From an uncultured delta proteobacterium (GTDB taxonomy: Bacteria; Myxococcota; Myxococcia; Myxococcales; 40CM-4-68-19), in assembly GCA_903911145.1 (NCBI GenBank), contig CAIWCD010000013.1, forward strand, positions 62,001-126,000: DNA of 64,000 nt, written 5' to 3'. A program made the translations under genes and the position numbers. Under the pieces are notes generated by a model. It saw only the letters and a list, made by a program, of their open reading frames with translations. It searched no databases and had not been told where the DNA came from. The number at the start of each line of letters is the position of its first letter. The first letter of the stretch is position 1. Shown one piece after another: positions 1-8,273 of the stretch.

Positions 1-375
1 CGCCCATCCGGTTAAAACGCGCCAACCGTCCGCTTCCTTGAGCAACATCAGCGTTTCCTCCTCGGAGGATTGTTGCCCCGCGATGGTCGTGCCCGTCAGC
101 GCGAGCGTAACCCGTGCGTGCTCTCCGTCCTGTTGAACGCTCTCGACCGACACCGCAGTGTTTTTGAGAAGCGCGGACAAGATGCCCGACAGGGAACTCT
201 CCGCCCTGAAGGCGTCGAAGGAACGCGCCGATCGGTCCTTCGTGCTCGCCAGCGCGTAGGCGGCAGCCGCGTCGCCGTGCAGGCGCGCGTTCTCGTAAGC
301 CAATGCCGTCTTCTTGGGACCACCGCAAGCGATAGCAAACATCGCCATCACGGCGAGCCACCTGATTGGTCGCAT
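1..375 (-). CDS. Lipoprotein with probable NTF2-like/DUF4878-type domain (3'-partial, absent from ORF track)
   Basis: Manual translation from ATG at 375: MRPIRWLAVMAMFAIA-CGGPKKTALAYENARLHGDAAAAYAL...ARVTLAL...LLKEADGWRV, open to the window edge. Lipobox IAC, GGGG-type RBS upstream. Confidence 0.65.
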   Translation of the reverse strand, partial: MRPIRWLAVMAMFAIACGGPKKTALAYENARLHGDAAAAYALASTKDRSARSFDAFRAESSLSGILSALLKNTAVSVESVQQDGEHARVTLALTGTTIAGQQSSEEETLMLLKEADGWRVLTGWA

Positions 376-451
376 GTTGGTTCCCCCGAAGCACAGGGTG
401 CTCCGCAAACAGAGCAGCCACGGTAGCGCGAGGTCCTAGCCTCGAGCAACC

Positions 452-676
452 GTGTCCGTCGCAAGCGATCCCCTCCATCGACAGTTCGCCGCCAATGTTC
501 AGCGGTTGATGCTCGAACGAGGGTTGTCGGTGAACAAGCTCGCCGACTTCAGCGGGATTGGTCGTGGACGCCTCTCTGACATCCTCGCAGGGAAAGGCTC
601 TCCGACGTTGCGCACGGTCGGGAGAGTCGCGGATGCCCTCGGCGTGACGGCGGCCGAGTTGGTTGTTTCGAAATAG
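452..676 (+). CDS. XRE-family helix-turn-helix transcriptional regulator
   Basis: FAANVQRLMLERGLSVNKLADFSGIGRGRLSDILAGKGSPTLRTVGRVADALGV is a typical HTH_3 pattern; divergent from the lipoprotein gene. Confidence 0.87.
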   Translation: MSVASDPLHRQFAANVQRLMLERGLSVNKLADFSGIGRGRLSDILAGKGSPTLRTVGRVADALGVTAAELVVSK

Positions 677-774
677 CCGCCTTCGTCTGGCCGTTCGAGG
701 ACAGTGAAGGCAGAACTCGCGTTCCCGCGGGGTCCCATGGGAACGCAAATCGCCGTCTCCGACAGCGTCGCCGC

Positions 775-803
775 TTGACCGCGAGGGCGACAATGTTTAC
801 AGT
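775..803 (+). promoter_or_regulatory. Putative sigma70-type promoter of the resolvase gene, overlapped by an imperfect inverted repeat
   Basis: TTGACC(775-780)-17 bp-TACAGT(798-803). TGTTTACAGTG-GCAA-CACTGAACA overlaps the -10 box (possible res/operator site). Confidence 0.45.
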
Positions 804-829
804 GGCAACACTGAACAACGGGAGCGCCG

Positions 830-1504
830 ATGACCCGCACGATCGCCTACCTGAGAGTGAGCACCGACAAGCAGGCCGACCGCGGCGTCAGCCTGGAAGC
901 CCAGCGCGCGAAGGTGGCAGCGTATGCCGAGCTGTACGATCTCGAGCTGTGCGAGGTGATTATTGACGCTGGCGAGAGCGCCAAGTCGCTCGACCGGCCC
1001 GGGCTGCAGCGGGCGCTCGCGATGCTCAAGAAGGGCGAGGCGGAGGCGCTCCTCGTGGTGAAGCTGGACCGCCTCACGCGCAGCGTGCGCGACCTGGGCG
1101 ACCTCGTGGAGCGTTGCTTCTCCCCCGGCAAGGCTGCGCTTCTCTCGGTGGGCGAGCAGATCGACACGCGCAGCGCCGGGGGGCGGCTCGTGCTGAACGT
1201 GCTCGCGAGCGTTTCGCAGTGGGAGCGCGAGGCGATCGGGGAGCGGACGGCGACCGCGATGCAGCATAAGGCTGCTTGCAGTGAGTACACCGGCGGCGCT
1301 GCTCCCTATGGCTATCGCCTCGCCCCCGATGGGGAGCACGTCGAGGAGGTGGCCGAGGAGCAAGCCGTGCTCGCCGCCGCTCGAGAGCTGCGCGCCTCCG
1401 GGCTCTCTCTCCGCGCCGTTGCCGTCGAGCTTGCACGCCTCGGGCATAACGGCCGCACCGGGCGCGCGTTCGGTCCCAAGCAAGTACGCGCGATGGCGGG
1501 CTAG
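830..1504 (+). CDS. Serine recombinase (resolvase/invertase family) with short C-terminal DNA-binding region
   Basis: YLRVST catalytic Ser motif, SAKSLDRPGL, VVKLDRLTRS, SQWEREAIGERT, GGAAPYGY. Confidence 0.93.
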   Translation: MTRTIAYLRVSTDKQADRGVSLEAQRAKVAAYAELYDLELCEVIIDAGESAKSLDRPGLQRALAMLKKGEAEALLVVKLDRLTRSVRDLGDLVERCFSPGKAALLSVGEQIDTRSAGGRLVLNVLASVSQWEREAIGERTATAMQHKAACSEYTGGAAPYGYRLAPDGEHVEEVAEEQAVLAAARELRASGLSLRAVAVELARLGHNGRTGRAFGPKQVRAMAG

Positions 1505-1852
1505 GTGGCCACTCGCAGGAAGAGCGGAGCCGGGCTGCCCGTCGATCTGCCCCGCGTCCGGCGCGCGCTGGCCGAGTTAAATCGAATCGCACGCGAACAC
1601 CCGGAAGCATTCAACCGAGATAGAGCGGGCTGGGAAGGTGTGCTCGCCGAGGATGAAGAAATGGCGGATAGCAAAGTCGTAGCGTTCCGGTTCCCTCCAG
1701 CGTTGCAGGACCGAATAGACGGGTACGCAGAGCGGCTCTCCACGCGGGCTGGCGTCGAGGTGACGCGGGCACAGGTCGTCAAGAAGCTCCTCGCGCTGGG
1801 CCTCGACGCCGCAGAGGCGGAGGAGACGGCGACGAGGAAACAAAAGAGGTAG
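1505..1852 (+). CDS. Hypothetical protein, C-terminal ribbon-helix-helix-like segment
   Basis: Starts directly after the resolvase stop. KVVAFRFPPALQDRIDGYAE...TRAQVVKKLLALGL resembles RHH; the start could be the internal ATG at 1661. Confidence 0.55.
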   Translation: MATRRKSGAGLPVDLPRVRRALAELNRIAREHPEAFNRDRAGWEGVLAEDEEMADSKVVAFRFPPALQDRIDGYAERLSTRAGVEVTRAQVVKKLLALGLDAAEAEETATRKQKR

Positions 1853-1897
1853 GCTCAAGAGAAGAGCGCGGCACCTGCTCGTAACAGGCCCGCGCTC

Positions 1898-2644
1898 GTG
1901 ATCGATACAGGCTGGAGGCCGAGACGGATGGCGAGCAGGATACCGCGCAAGCCGACAGCTACGCGAGCCCCCGCCCGGGTACGCGCCAATCGCGGCAACC
2001 GCATCGTCGCAGCCGCAGTACCTGACCTGTCAACGAAGCTTTGGCCAACCATATGGGAGGCCGATGATCCACGTTTCTGGGAAGTCGTTCACGCCCATAT
2101 CGCGGAGGCCGCAGTAATCCTCCGCCTCGGTGCCCGATCGGATAGGTCCAGCGCGGCCGCGTCGCAGATCCTGTCCGGGGTTGATCAACTCTTGCGCGAA
2201 GCCCGCGGGGCTCAGGCATCGTCGAAGAAGAAGCTGAAGCACCTCGCTCGACAGTTTCCCCCATTGAACTGTTCTCAGTGGGACGCGCGGTTGAGCGATC
2301 GCCACGAGGTACTTGAACGGTTGCGATCGCTCTGTGACCAGCGGATCAAGGACGCGCCGAATAAAAACGACGGTCGCGTAGACGCCGCTGAGTTGGCGCT
2401 CACCGCCCTGCCGACCTGGCTTCCTTCAGAAGTGAAACCGATCACGGAAGCAGAAATGCATGAGGCTTGGGTGCGGCTTCAGCGCGTCGTTGGCCAGCGG
2501 GATGATGGGGAGGAACTGATTCGCAAAGCCGGTGTCTCGCTTGGCGTGGCATCCAAGCGCATTCGCAACTGGTTTGACTATCTCAAGAAGAGCGTTGAGC
2601 GGAAGCAACGAAAGCCGTTGGAGAAAAGCGAATCAGCGGATTGA
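1898..2644 (+). CDS. Hypothetical protein of the element
   Basis: 248-aa ORF collinear with neighbours, lower GC; no family recognised. Confidence 0.5.
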   Translation: MIDTGWRPRRMASRIPRKPTATRAPARVRANRGNRIVAAAVPDLSTKLWPTIWEADDPRFWEVVHAHIAEAAVILRLGARSDRSSAAASQILSGVDQLLREARGAQASSKKKLKHLARQFPPLNCSQWDARLSDRHEVLERLRSLCDQRIKDAPNKNDGRVDAAELALTALPTWLPSEVKPITEAEMHEAWVRLQRVVGQRDDGEELIRKAGVSLGVASKRIRNWFDYLKKSVERKQRKPLEKSESAD

Positions 2645-2653
2645 TAGACCTGC

Positions 2654-2676
2654 GGGGACAAGTCGGAGTTGTCCCC
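2654..2676. repeat. Perfect 8-bp inverted repeat upstream of the replication operon
   Basis: GGGGACAA-gtcggag-TTGTCCCC. Confidence 0.6.
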
Positions 2677-2719
2677 TAGCAGCATGTAATCAGGTCCCGG
2701 CTGCGCGCCTTATGCGCGC

Positions 2720-2920
2720 ATGACGCTACTCACGAAGCTTCCAGCCCATGTCTTGCGAGAGGTGGCCGTCGCCGCCGACGCGGACCCCCGCACGGTGATT
2801 AAGGTCGTCTCCGGTGTGGCGGTTACACCGCTTGCCCGCAAACGCATCCTTCGCGCCCTGAGGCTCAAGGGCCTCGCCCCACTCTGCGAACCTGCCCCCG
2901 GGGAAGGCGGTGATACGTGA
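2720..2920 (+). CDS. Small putative DNA-binding protein
   Basis: LREVAVAADADPRTVIKVVSG resembles an HTH; GTGA overlap with the primase gene. Confidence 0.6.
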   Translation: MTLLTKLPAHVLREVAVAADADPRTVIKVVSGVAVTPLARKRILRALRLKGLAPLCEPAPGEGGDT

Positions 2921-4002
2921 ACCCGGACGCGCAGCCGCCCGCAGCACCCGAAGCGGCCGACGTTACTGCGACGACCTCCGATAGACTTGATCTAGTCGAG
3001 TGGTACGCGGCAGAGAACGGCTGGGCGCTACTCCCGCTCGAGGCCGCGGGTAAGAAGCCCCGCGCCGATGTGGCGAAGGGCTGGAGTGGCTACCGGCTCA
3101 CTCGCGAGCGCGTCCGCACCACGTTTGCGGGCGGCTGCAACGTGGGCGTCCTCCTCGGCGAACCGTCGGGCGATCTCGTCGACGCGGATCTCGACTGCCA
3201 GGAGGCACTCGAACTGGCGAGCCTGTTCCTCCCCGACGGCGCGCTCACATTCGGTCGAGCTTCTCGCCCCAAGTCGCACGCGCTCTACACCAGCACCGGC
3301 GAACCGCTTTCGTCCCTCGTGGTGGAGGATATCCCTCCCAACGGCAAGGAGCGCGGCGAGATGCTCGTCGAGCTGCGCTCGACAGGGCGGCAGACGATGA
3401 TCCCGCCGAGCATCCACCCGGACGGGGAGCGGGTGGAGTGGACCGCGGATACCGAGGAGCCGCTGCACCCTCAACCGGTGGATGGTGCTGATCTGCGCCG
3501 CCGGGTTGAACTGCTCGGCGCAGCCTGTCTCGTAGCGCGCCACCACCCCGCGGGCTTAGCGGCCGCTCGCGCGTTCGCGACGGGAACCCTGGCCCGCGCG
3601 GACTTGCGCGGCTTGCCAATCAGCGTGCAGGCGAAGATCGCCGAGCTATGCCACGCGCCGAGGGTAGTGGAGGAGCGGCGCTACGTGCGCGCGCCGTCCG
3701 GCGACGGCTGGATCGCCCGCATCAAGGCGATGGGCGTCGCCGGTGTGGCCGCCGCAGTCGGACTCGAAGAGGTTCGCAAGGGCTCGTGGGGTTCGTGCCC
3801 GGCTTGCACGAACGAAAAACGGGGCTCTCGCGATCGGCGCGGAGCAATCGGCATTCGCCGCGACGGGCGCGGGTGGGCCTGCCATGCCTGCAAGACCACC
3901 GGCGATGCCGTCAGCCTCGCGGCGTGGGTGCTCCTCGGTACACCACGCCCAGCGAACTGGCACGAGCTGCGCGCGGCACTCGAAGCCCGGGGCATCTTAT
4001 GA
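2917..4002 (+). CDS. Bifunctional DNA primase/polymerase (Prim-Pol, AEP superfamily) with C-terminal zinc-binding domain
   Basis: GWALLPL..GKKP..KGW, NVGVLLG..SGDLVDADLD, SHALY, VELRS..Q..IPPSIHPDG; C-terminal CPAC...WACHAC...GDAVSL. Confidence 0.86.
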   Translation: MNPDAQPPAAPEAADVTATTSDRLDLVEWYAAENGWALLPLEAAGKKPRADVAKGWSGYRLTRERVRTTFAGGCNVGVLLGEPSGDLVDADLDCQEALELASLFLPDGALTFGRASRPKSHALYTSTGEPLSSLVVEDIPPNGKERGEMLVELRSTGRQTMIPPSIHPDGERVEWTADTEEPLHPQPVDGADLRRRVELLGAACLVARHHPAGLAAARAFATGTLARADLRGLPISVQAKIAELCHAPRVVEERRYVRAPSGDGWIARIKAMGVAGVAAAVGLEEVRKGSWGSCPACTNEKRGSRDRRGAIGIRRDGRGWACHACKTTGDAVSLAAWVLLGTPRPANWHELRAALEARGIL

Positions 4003-5678
4003 AGGCCGATCTTGACTCGATGTGTGCCCTCGGCGCGTCGGTGGAACGCCCAGAACTGCGCGAAGAACTGGCGCGAGTTGCCGAAGCTCGCGCGCAGCAG
4101 AGCGATGCAACGCCGGTGGACGTCGAACGAGCGCGCAAGGCGCGCGAGGAGGCAAGCGCAGCGGAGTGGCCGGAGCTAATCCCGATCGGCGCACCAGAAG
4201 CGCCGCCCCCCTTTCCGGTCGACCACTTGCCCCACTGGCTGGCCCGCTTTGTCATTGAGGTAGCCGAACAGCTCCAGGTGCCTCTCGACCTGGTGGGGAT
4301 GTGCGTCCTGTCCGTCCTCTCAACAATCTGCGCGCGACGATTCTGGATCTCCCCGCGCACCGGATGGAAGCAACCGGCGCTTCTCTGGACTCTCACGATG
4401 CTTGCCAGCGGCAACCGCAAGACCGCCGCATTCGACCTTGCGACGGCACCTCTTCGCGCATTCGTGAAGAGACGAAGCGCCGACTTGCACAACACTATCG
4501 CCGCGGAGGGATCGCAGCTCCGTGTGCTCAAGAGCAGCCTCGCGCGCGCGGAGAAAAGGGCGTCAGAAGCGAAGGCACCGGAGGAACGCACCGCATCGGA
4601 GATTGAGGCAACGGAGTTTGCGATGCGGGTCGCAACGTTCCGGTTGACGCCCAAGCCGCTGCTGTTTCTCTCAGAGGCGACCCCGGAGCGGCTCGAGGAA
4701 ATGCTCGCCGAGCACGGGCGAGCCGCGGTGCTCGCTGACGAGGCGGGCCTTCTCGGTCTGCTTGCTGGGCGATACGGGAAGAGCGCGCCGAATCTCGACC
4801 CGTTCATCCAAGGCTATGAAGGCAACACCGTCCACGTCGGTCGGATGAAGAAACAGGATGGAAGCGGAGGCGATCGACACGCCGAGGCGGCGCACGTCAC
4901 GCTCGGCCTCGTGCCTCAACCTGATGTGGCATTGCCGCACCTACGTAGCTCAGAGGCATTCGCTGCGACCGGCTTTCTCTGGCGCTTCCTCTTCTCGATG
5001 CCCTGCTCGAAGGTGGGCAATCGCAACGCTCGCGCGGCCGCCGCGTCACAGGAGGTGCTCGAGACCTATTCGGCAAGGATCGGTGAGCTGCTCAACATGA
5101 GCGAGCCGCTACCTGATTGCTCGGGTGATGAGATCCCGGTGCTGCACGCGACCGCCGAGGCTGCGGAGGCCGTGTTGCAGTTCGAGGAGTTGCTCGAGCC
5201 GCGGCTAAGAGCGGGAGAGGGAGACCTTGCCGGGCTTGGCTCTTGGGGGTCAAAACTCCTCGGGCAGCTCGTGCGCCTGGCCGCATTGCTTCACGCGGCC
5301 GAATATCGCGCGAAGCCGGTGGAGACGCCGCTTGATCTATCCACGATGCAGCGCGCGCTCGCGTTCGCGCCCTACTTCATCGCGCACGCACAAGCCGCCC
5401 GGTTCGAGATGCACGTCGACGACAACACCAAGCAGGCGCTGCGCGCGCTCGAGTGGATGCGCCGCCGCGCGAGCGGTGGAGTTCGCATCTTCACCAGGAG
5501 CGAGCTGCACAAGGCGATCGCGAAGAACAAGCCCGTGGATGAGATCGATCCGTTGGTCGCGTTTCTCAAGCGGCACGGTGCGATCCGGGAAATCGCTCCA
5601 CCGAAGGGCACGGTTGGCGCTCCCCGCAAAGCGACGTACGAGGTTCATCCTGAGATCGGCGAGGTGGCCGATGAGTAA
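3999..5678 (+). CDS. YfjI/DUF3987-family protein (helicase-like P-loop partner of primase)
   Basis: FPVDHLP, ASGNRKT (Walker A-like), EATPERL, LADEAG, GFLWRFL, C-terminal winged-helix-like tail. Start taken at the ATGA overlap (3999) rather than 3648. Confidence 0.85.
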   Translation: MKADLDSMCALGASVERPELREELARVAEARAQQSDATPVDVERARKAREEASAAEWPELIPIGAPEAPPPFPVDHLPHWLARFVIEVAEQLQVPLDLVGMCVLSVLSTICARRFWISPRTGWKQPALLWTLTMLASGNRKTAAFDLATAPLRAFVKRRSADLHNTIAAEGSQLRVLKSSLARAEKRASEAKAPEERTASEIEATEFAMRVATFRLTPKPLLFLSEATPERLEEMLAEHGRAAVLADEAGLLGLLAGRYGKSAPNLDPFIQGYEGNTVHVGRMKKQDGSGGDRHAEAAHVTLGLVPQPDVALPHLRSSEAFAATGFLWRFLFSMPCSKVGNRNARAAAASQEVLETYSARIGELLNMSEPLPDCSGDEIPVLHATAEAAEAVLQFEELLEPRLRAGEGDLAGLGSWGSKLLGQLVRLAALLHAAEYRAKPVETPLDLSTMQRALAFAPYFIAHAQAARFEMHVDDNTKQALRALEWMRRRASGGVRIFTRSELHKAIAKNKPVDEIDPLVAFLKRHGAIREIAPPKGTVGAPRKATYEVHPEIGEVADE

Positions 5679-5910
5679 CGTCCCGAATCGGCCGTTGGTC
5701 GCTGCAGAGTGCTTGTGGACGGTGCGCGACGTTGCCGCGTTCCTCCAAGTTGGCCGGAACGCTATCTACGGCATGGCTCAGAGTGGGGAGATCCCGAGCT
5801 TGCGCGTTGGTGCGCGCGTGCGCTTCGTGCCCGATGAGATCCGCGCTTGGCTCGCTCGACAGCGCGCGCCGAATGCAACCGTGCTTCCGATGACCAAGGA
5901 GGTTGCGTGA
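5671..5910 (+). CDS. Excisionase-like HTH protein (HTH_17)
   Basis: LWTVRDVAAFLQVGRNAIYGMAQSGEIPSLRVGARVRFVPDEIRAWL; ATG 5671 overlaps the upstream stop. Confidence 0.87.
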   Translation: MSNVPNRPLVAAECLWTVRDVAAFLQVGRNAIYGMAQSGEIPSLRVGARVRFVPDEIRAWLARQRAPNATVLPMTKEVA

Positions 5911-5939
5911 TTCGGGTCGCCGAAGGTAGTATTTCAGGT

Positions 5940-6194
5940 ATGACAACCGCCAAGATCGCAATCACGGTGCCGGAGGATGTGCTGGAGAAGGCGCGCCTCT
6001 CAGTGCGCAAAGGAAGCGCGCGGAGTTTGAGCGCCTATATCAGCCGCGCGATGGAGCAGAAGGTGATGCTCGACGATCTCGATTCGTTGCTGGCGGAGAT
6101 GCTCGACGCCTCCGGCGGTCCGTTGAGCGCGAGCGAGAAGCAGGAAGCAGATGCGGCGCTCGGCCTTTCTCACAAGAAACGGCGAGCGCGATGA
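5940..6194 (+). CDS. Ribbon-helix-helix antitoxin (VapB-like)
   Basis: MTTAKIAITVPEDVLEKAR...SLSAYISRAMEQK; ATGA overlap with the PIN gene; TAGTAT -10 box 7 nt before the ATG. Confidence 0.78.
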   Translation: MTTAKIAITVPEDVLEKARLSVRKGSARSLSAYISRAMEQKVMLDDLDSLLAEMLDASGGPLSASEKQEADAALGLSHKKRRAR

Positions 6195-6568
6195 CGGGTA
6201 TGACTCTCGACAGCGGAGCACTGATCGCGTTCGAGCGCGGAGAGCGATCGGTTGTCGCGATCGTCGCCCGAGCACTAGAGCATCGGATGAAACTGGCCGT
6301 GCCTGCGGGTGTGATCGGGCAGGTCTGGCGGGATGGCCGCAAGCAGGCTCGCTTGGCGCGCCTCCTGGCCTCGAGCGTGATCGAGATCGAGCCGCTCGAC
6401 GACGCCCGCGCTCGGGCCGCCGGGCAGCTCTGTGGTGCAACCGGGACCGCCGACGTGATCGATGCATCTGTCGCGCTCTGCGCGCAGGCACGCGGCCACG
6501 GAGTCCTGACCTCGGACCCTGACGATCTCTCCCGGCTTGGCCCGTCGCTCCGTCTCGTCGTCATCTAG
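6191..6568 (+). CDS. vapC: PIN-domain toxin (VapC-like ribonuclease)
   Basis: TLDSGALIA, ADVIDASV, VLTSDPDDL acidic PIN motifs. Confidence 0.86.
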   Translation: MTGMTLDSGALIAFERGERSVVAIVARALEHRMKLAVPAGVIGQVWRDGRKQARLARLLASSVIEIEPLDDARARAAGQLCGATGTADVIDASVALCAQARGHGVLTSDPDDLSRLGPSLRLVVI

Positions 6569-6580
6569 TGGAGGCTTTGA

Positions 6581-8107
6581 ATGCCCTGGAAACACGGCGG
6601 ACAGTGGATGACCAGGGTGAAGGACGCCGGTGGCGTCCTCCGTAAAGTCCCGTTGCCGGAAGCGCGGACCAAGGAAGAAGCGAAACGGCAGGAGGCAGAG
6701 CTGCGCCTGAAAGCATGGAGGCAGAGCGAGGGCCTCGAACCACCACCGAGTGATCGCAGCTTCACTGTCGGGGCGCTCCTCGAGTGGTGGCTGGAGACCT
6801 ATGTGAAAGGAGGCCCGTCGGCAGGGCGCGAGAGCAGCCGACTGCGCGTGCACTTCGACGGCACCGATCTCGTCCGCTTGCCCGTCGCCGCGCTGACGCC
6901 GGGGAAGCTCGAGACGTTCCTCCAGCAAAAGATGCAAGCCGGGATGGCCCCCGCGAGCGTCAACAAGCTCCGCGCGATGATGCGCACTGCGTGGAACTAT
7001 GCGCGCAAGGCCGAGAAACTCCGCGGCGACAATCCCGCGACCGACGTGGCGCGGCGGAAAGTGCCGAAGCGCAAGCCGAGCTTCCTCGAGGCCCACGAAG
7101 TGCCGCGCGTCTTGGCCGAGTTGAACGCTACCGATCGGGACATGGTGGCCGTCGCGTTCTACGCGGGGCTCCGCAAGGGCGAGCTGTTCGGACTGCGCAA
7201 GCGCGATGTGGATCTCGAGCGCGGCCTGCTCATGATCGGCAGGAGCTACGACCGGGAGACAACGAAGGGCAAGTCCGAGGAGCCTGTGCCGATCGCGCTC
7301 GATCTCGTGCCGTATCTCAAGCACGCGCTCTCCGTAGCGCCCGGCGAGCTGCTCTTCCCGAAGCCCGACGGAACGCACCGGACCGAAGAAGACAAGCTCG
7401 GTGACCGGCTGCAGGCAGCCATGAATCGCGCCAACATCGTCGATGGATGGCTGCACGTCTGTCGCTGGTGGAAGCTTCACCCCGAGCCGAAGAAGTACGA
7501 GGAGCGACACCCCGACAACGAGCGGCGTCGCTGCGAGGTCTGCGCACGAATGCTCTTCCCTCGCGCGGTCCCGCGCCGCTTCCGGTTGCACGACACGCGG
7601 CACACAACGGCGACGCTGCTACTCGCCGCGCACGTCGACCTCTATGCCGTCGCGAAGATCCTCCGTCACAAGGACCCGCGCGTGACGTTCGAGACCTACT
7701 CGCATCTCGTGCCGGGATATCTGCGGAATCAGATCGACAAGGTATCGCTGGGCGCTTCACTGGCAGCGCCGGAGGAGACACGGCAAGAGCAATCGCGGAG
7801 CCGGAGTTCTGTCCCCGCGTCCCAGGGACGAAAGCAGGACGGGACGTTACTCACTCTCTCTGAAAAGGGGCTTATGTCCCTTCCGTCCATTTCGTCCTTA
7901 GAAGCAGGTTTTAGAGAGTCTTCTTATTCGATGGATTCCACCGGCTCTGCCCCAGGGCTGCCCCAACACGCCGCGAACGCCCCCGAGGCGCGATTAGCGC
8001 CGATTGAATTACTGTCTGTTAATCGGGGGGTTGATATGGCGGGCGATAGTGGATTCGAACCACTGGCCTTCGGCTTCGGAGACCGACGCTCTATCCAGCT
8101 GAGCTAA
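6581..8107 (+). CDS. int: Tyrosine recombinase/integrase
   Basis: GLRKGEL (R), TTKG (K), HDTRHT (HxxR), ILRHKD (H), TYSHL (Y); ends antisense within the tRNA. Confidence 0.94.
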   Translation: MPWKHGGQWMTRVKDAGGVLRKVPLPEARTKEEAKRQEAELRLKAWRQSEGLEPPPSDRSFTVGALLEWWLETYVKGGPSAGRESSRLRVHFDGTDLVRLPVAALTPGKLETFLQQKMQAGMAPASVNKLRAMMRTAWNYARKAEKLRGDNPATDVARRKVPKRKPSFLEAHEVPRVLAELNATDRDMVAVAFYAGLRKGELFGLRKRDVDLERGLLMIGRSYDRETTKGKSEEPVPIALDLVPYLKHALSVAPGELLFPKPDGTHRTEEDKLGDRLQAAMNRANIVDGWLHVCRWWKLHPEPKKYEERHPDNERRRCEVCARMLFPRAVPRRFRLHDTRHTTATLLLAAHVDLYAVAKILRHKDPRVTFETYSHLVPGYLRNQIDKVSLGASLAAPEETRQEQSRSRSSVPASQGRKQDGTLLTLSEKGLMSLPSISSLEAGFRESSYSMDSTGSAPGLPQHAANAPEARLAPIELLSVNRGVDMAGDSGFEPLAFGFGDRRSIQLS

Positions 8108-8113
8108 TCGCCC
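8037..8113 (-). tRNA. tRNA-Arg (anticodon CCG)
   Basis: GGGCGATTAGCTCAGCTGGATAGAGCGTCGGTCTCCGAAGCCGAAGGCCAGTGGTTCGAATCCACTATCGCCCGCCA; 77-nt cloverleaf, loop CT-CCG-AA, encoded CCA. Confidence 0.97.
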
Positions 8114-8273
8114 TGAGTTGAGGCCGGCGTCAGTACCCCAGGAGCGGGAGCCGTGCAAGCAGCATCGCGGGCGGGGGGACCGTGGACCCATCCTGCCGAT
8201 CAGTCGATTGACATCGCGTCGCCGGTGGAGAATATGCGCGCGCTTTTGACGAGTTCACGTCCTGGAGGATTTC

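Larger units (their letters stand above)
1..8036. mobile_element. Right arm of a tRNA-Arg-integrated, phage-satellite/integrative plasmid-like element (left end outside window)
   Basis: Cluster of tyrosine integrase, Xis-like HTH, Prim-Pol, DUF3987, XRE, resolvase and TA genes abutting the 3' end of a tRNA. No second att copy seen in 1-8036. Confidence 0.82.

Noticed and set aside
70..426. ORF-track calls 70-426 (+) and 96-338 (-)
   Set aside because: Overlap a more plausible lipoprotein frame (375 to 1, minus) and have shadow-like composition.
1..830. Second att site (copy of tRNA 3' end)
   Set aside because: No match to TGGCGGGCGATAGTGGATTCGAACC found; the left boundary must be outside the window or degenerate.
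5243..5254. TTGGGGGTCAAA as a member of the 12-bp family
   Set aside because: Matches only the outer bases, has no shared flanks and lies in the mobile element; probably chance.
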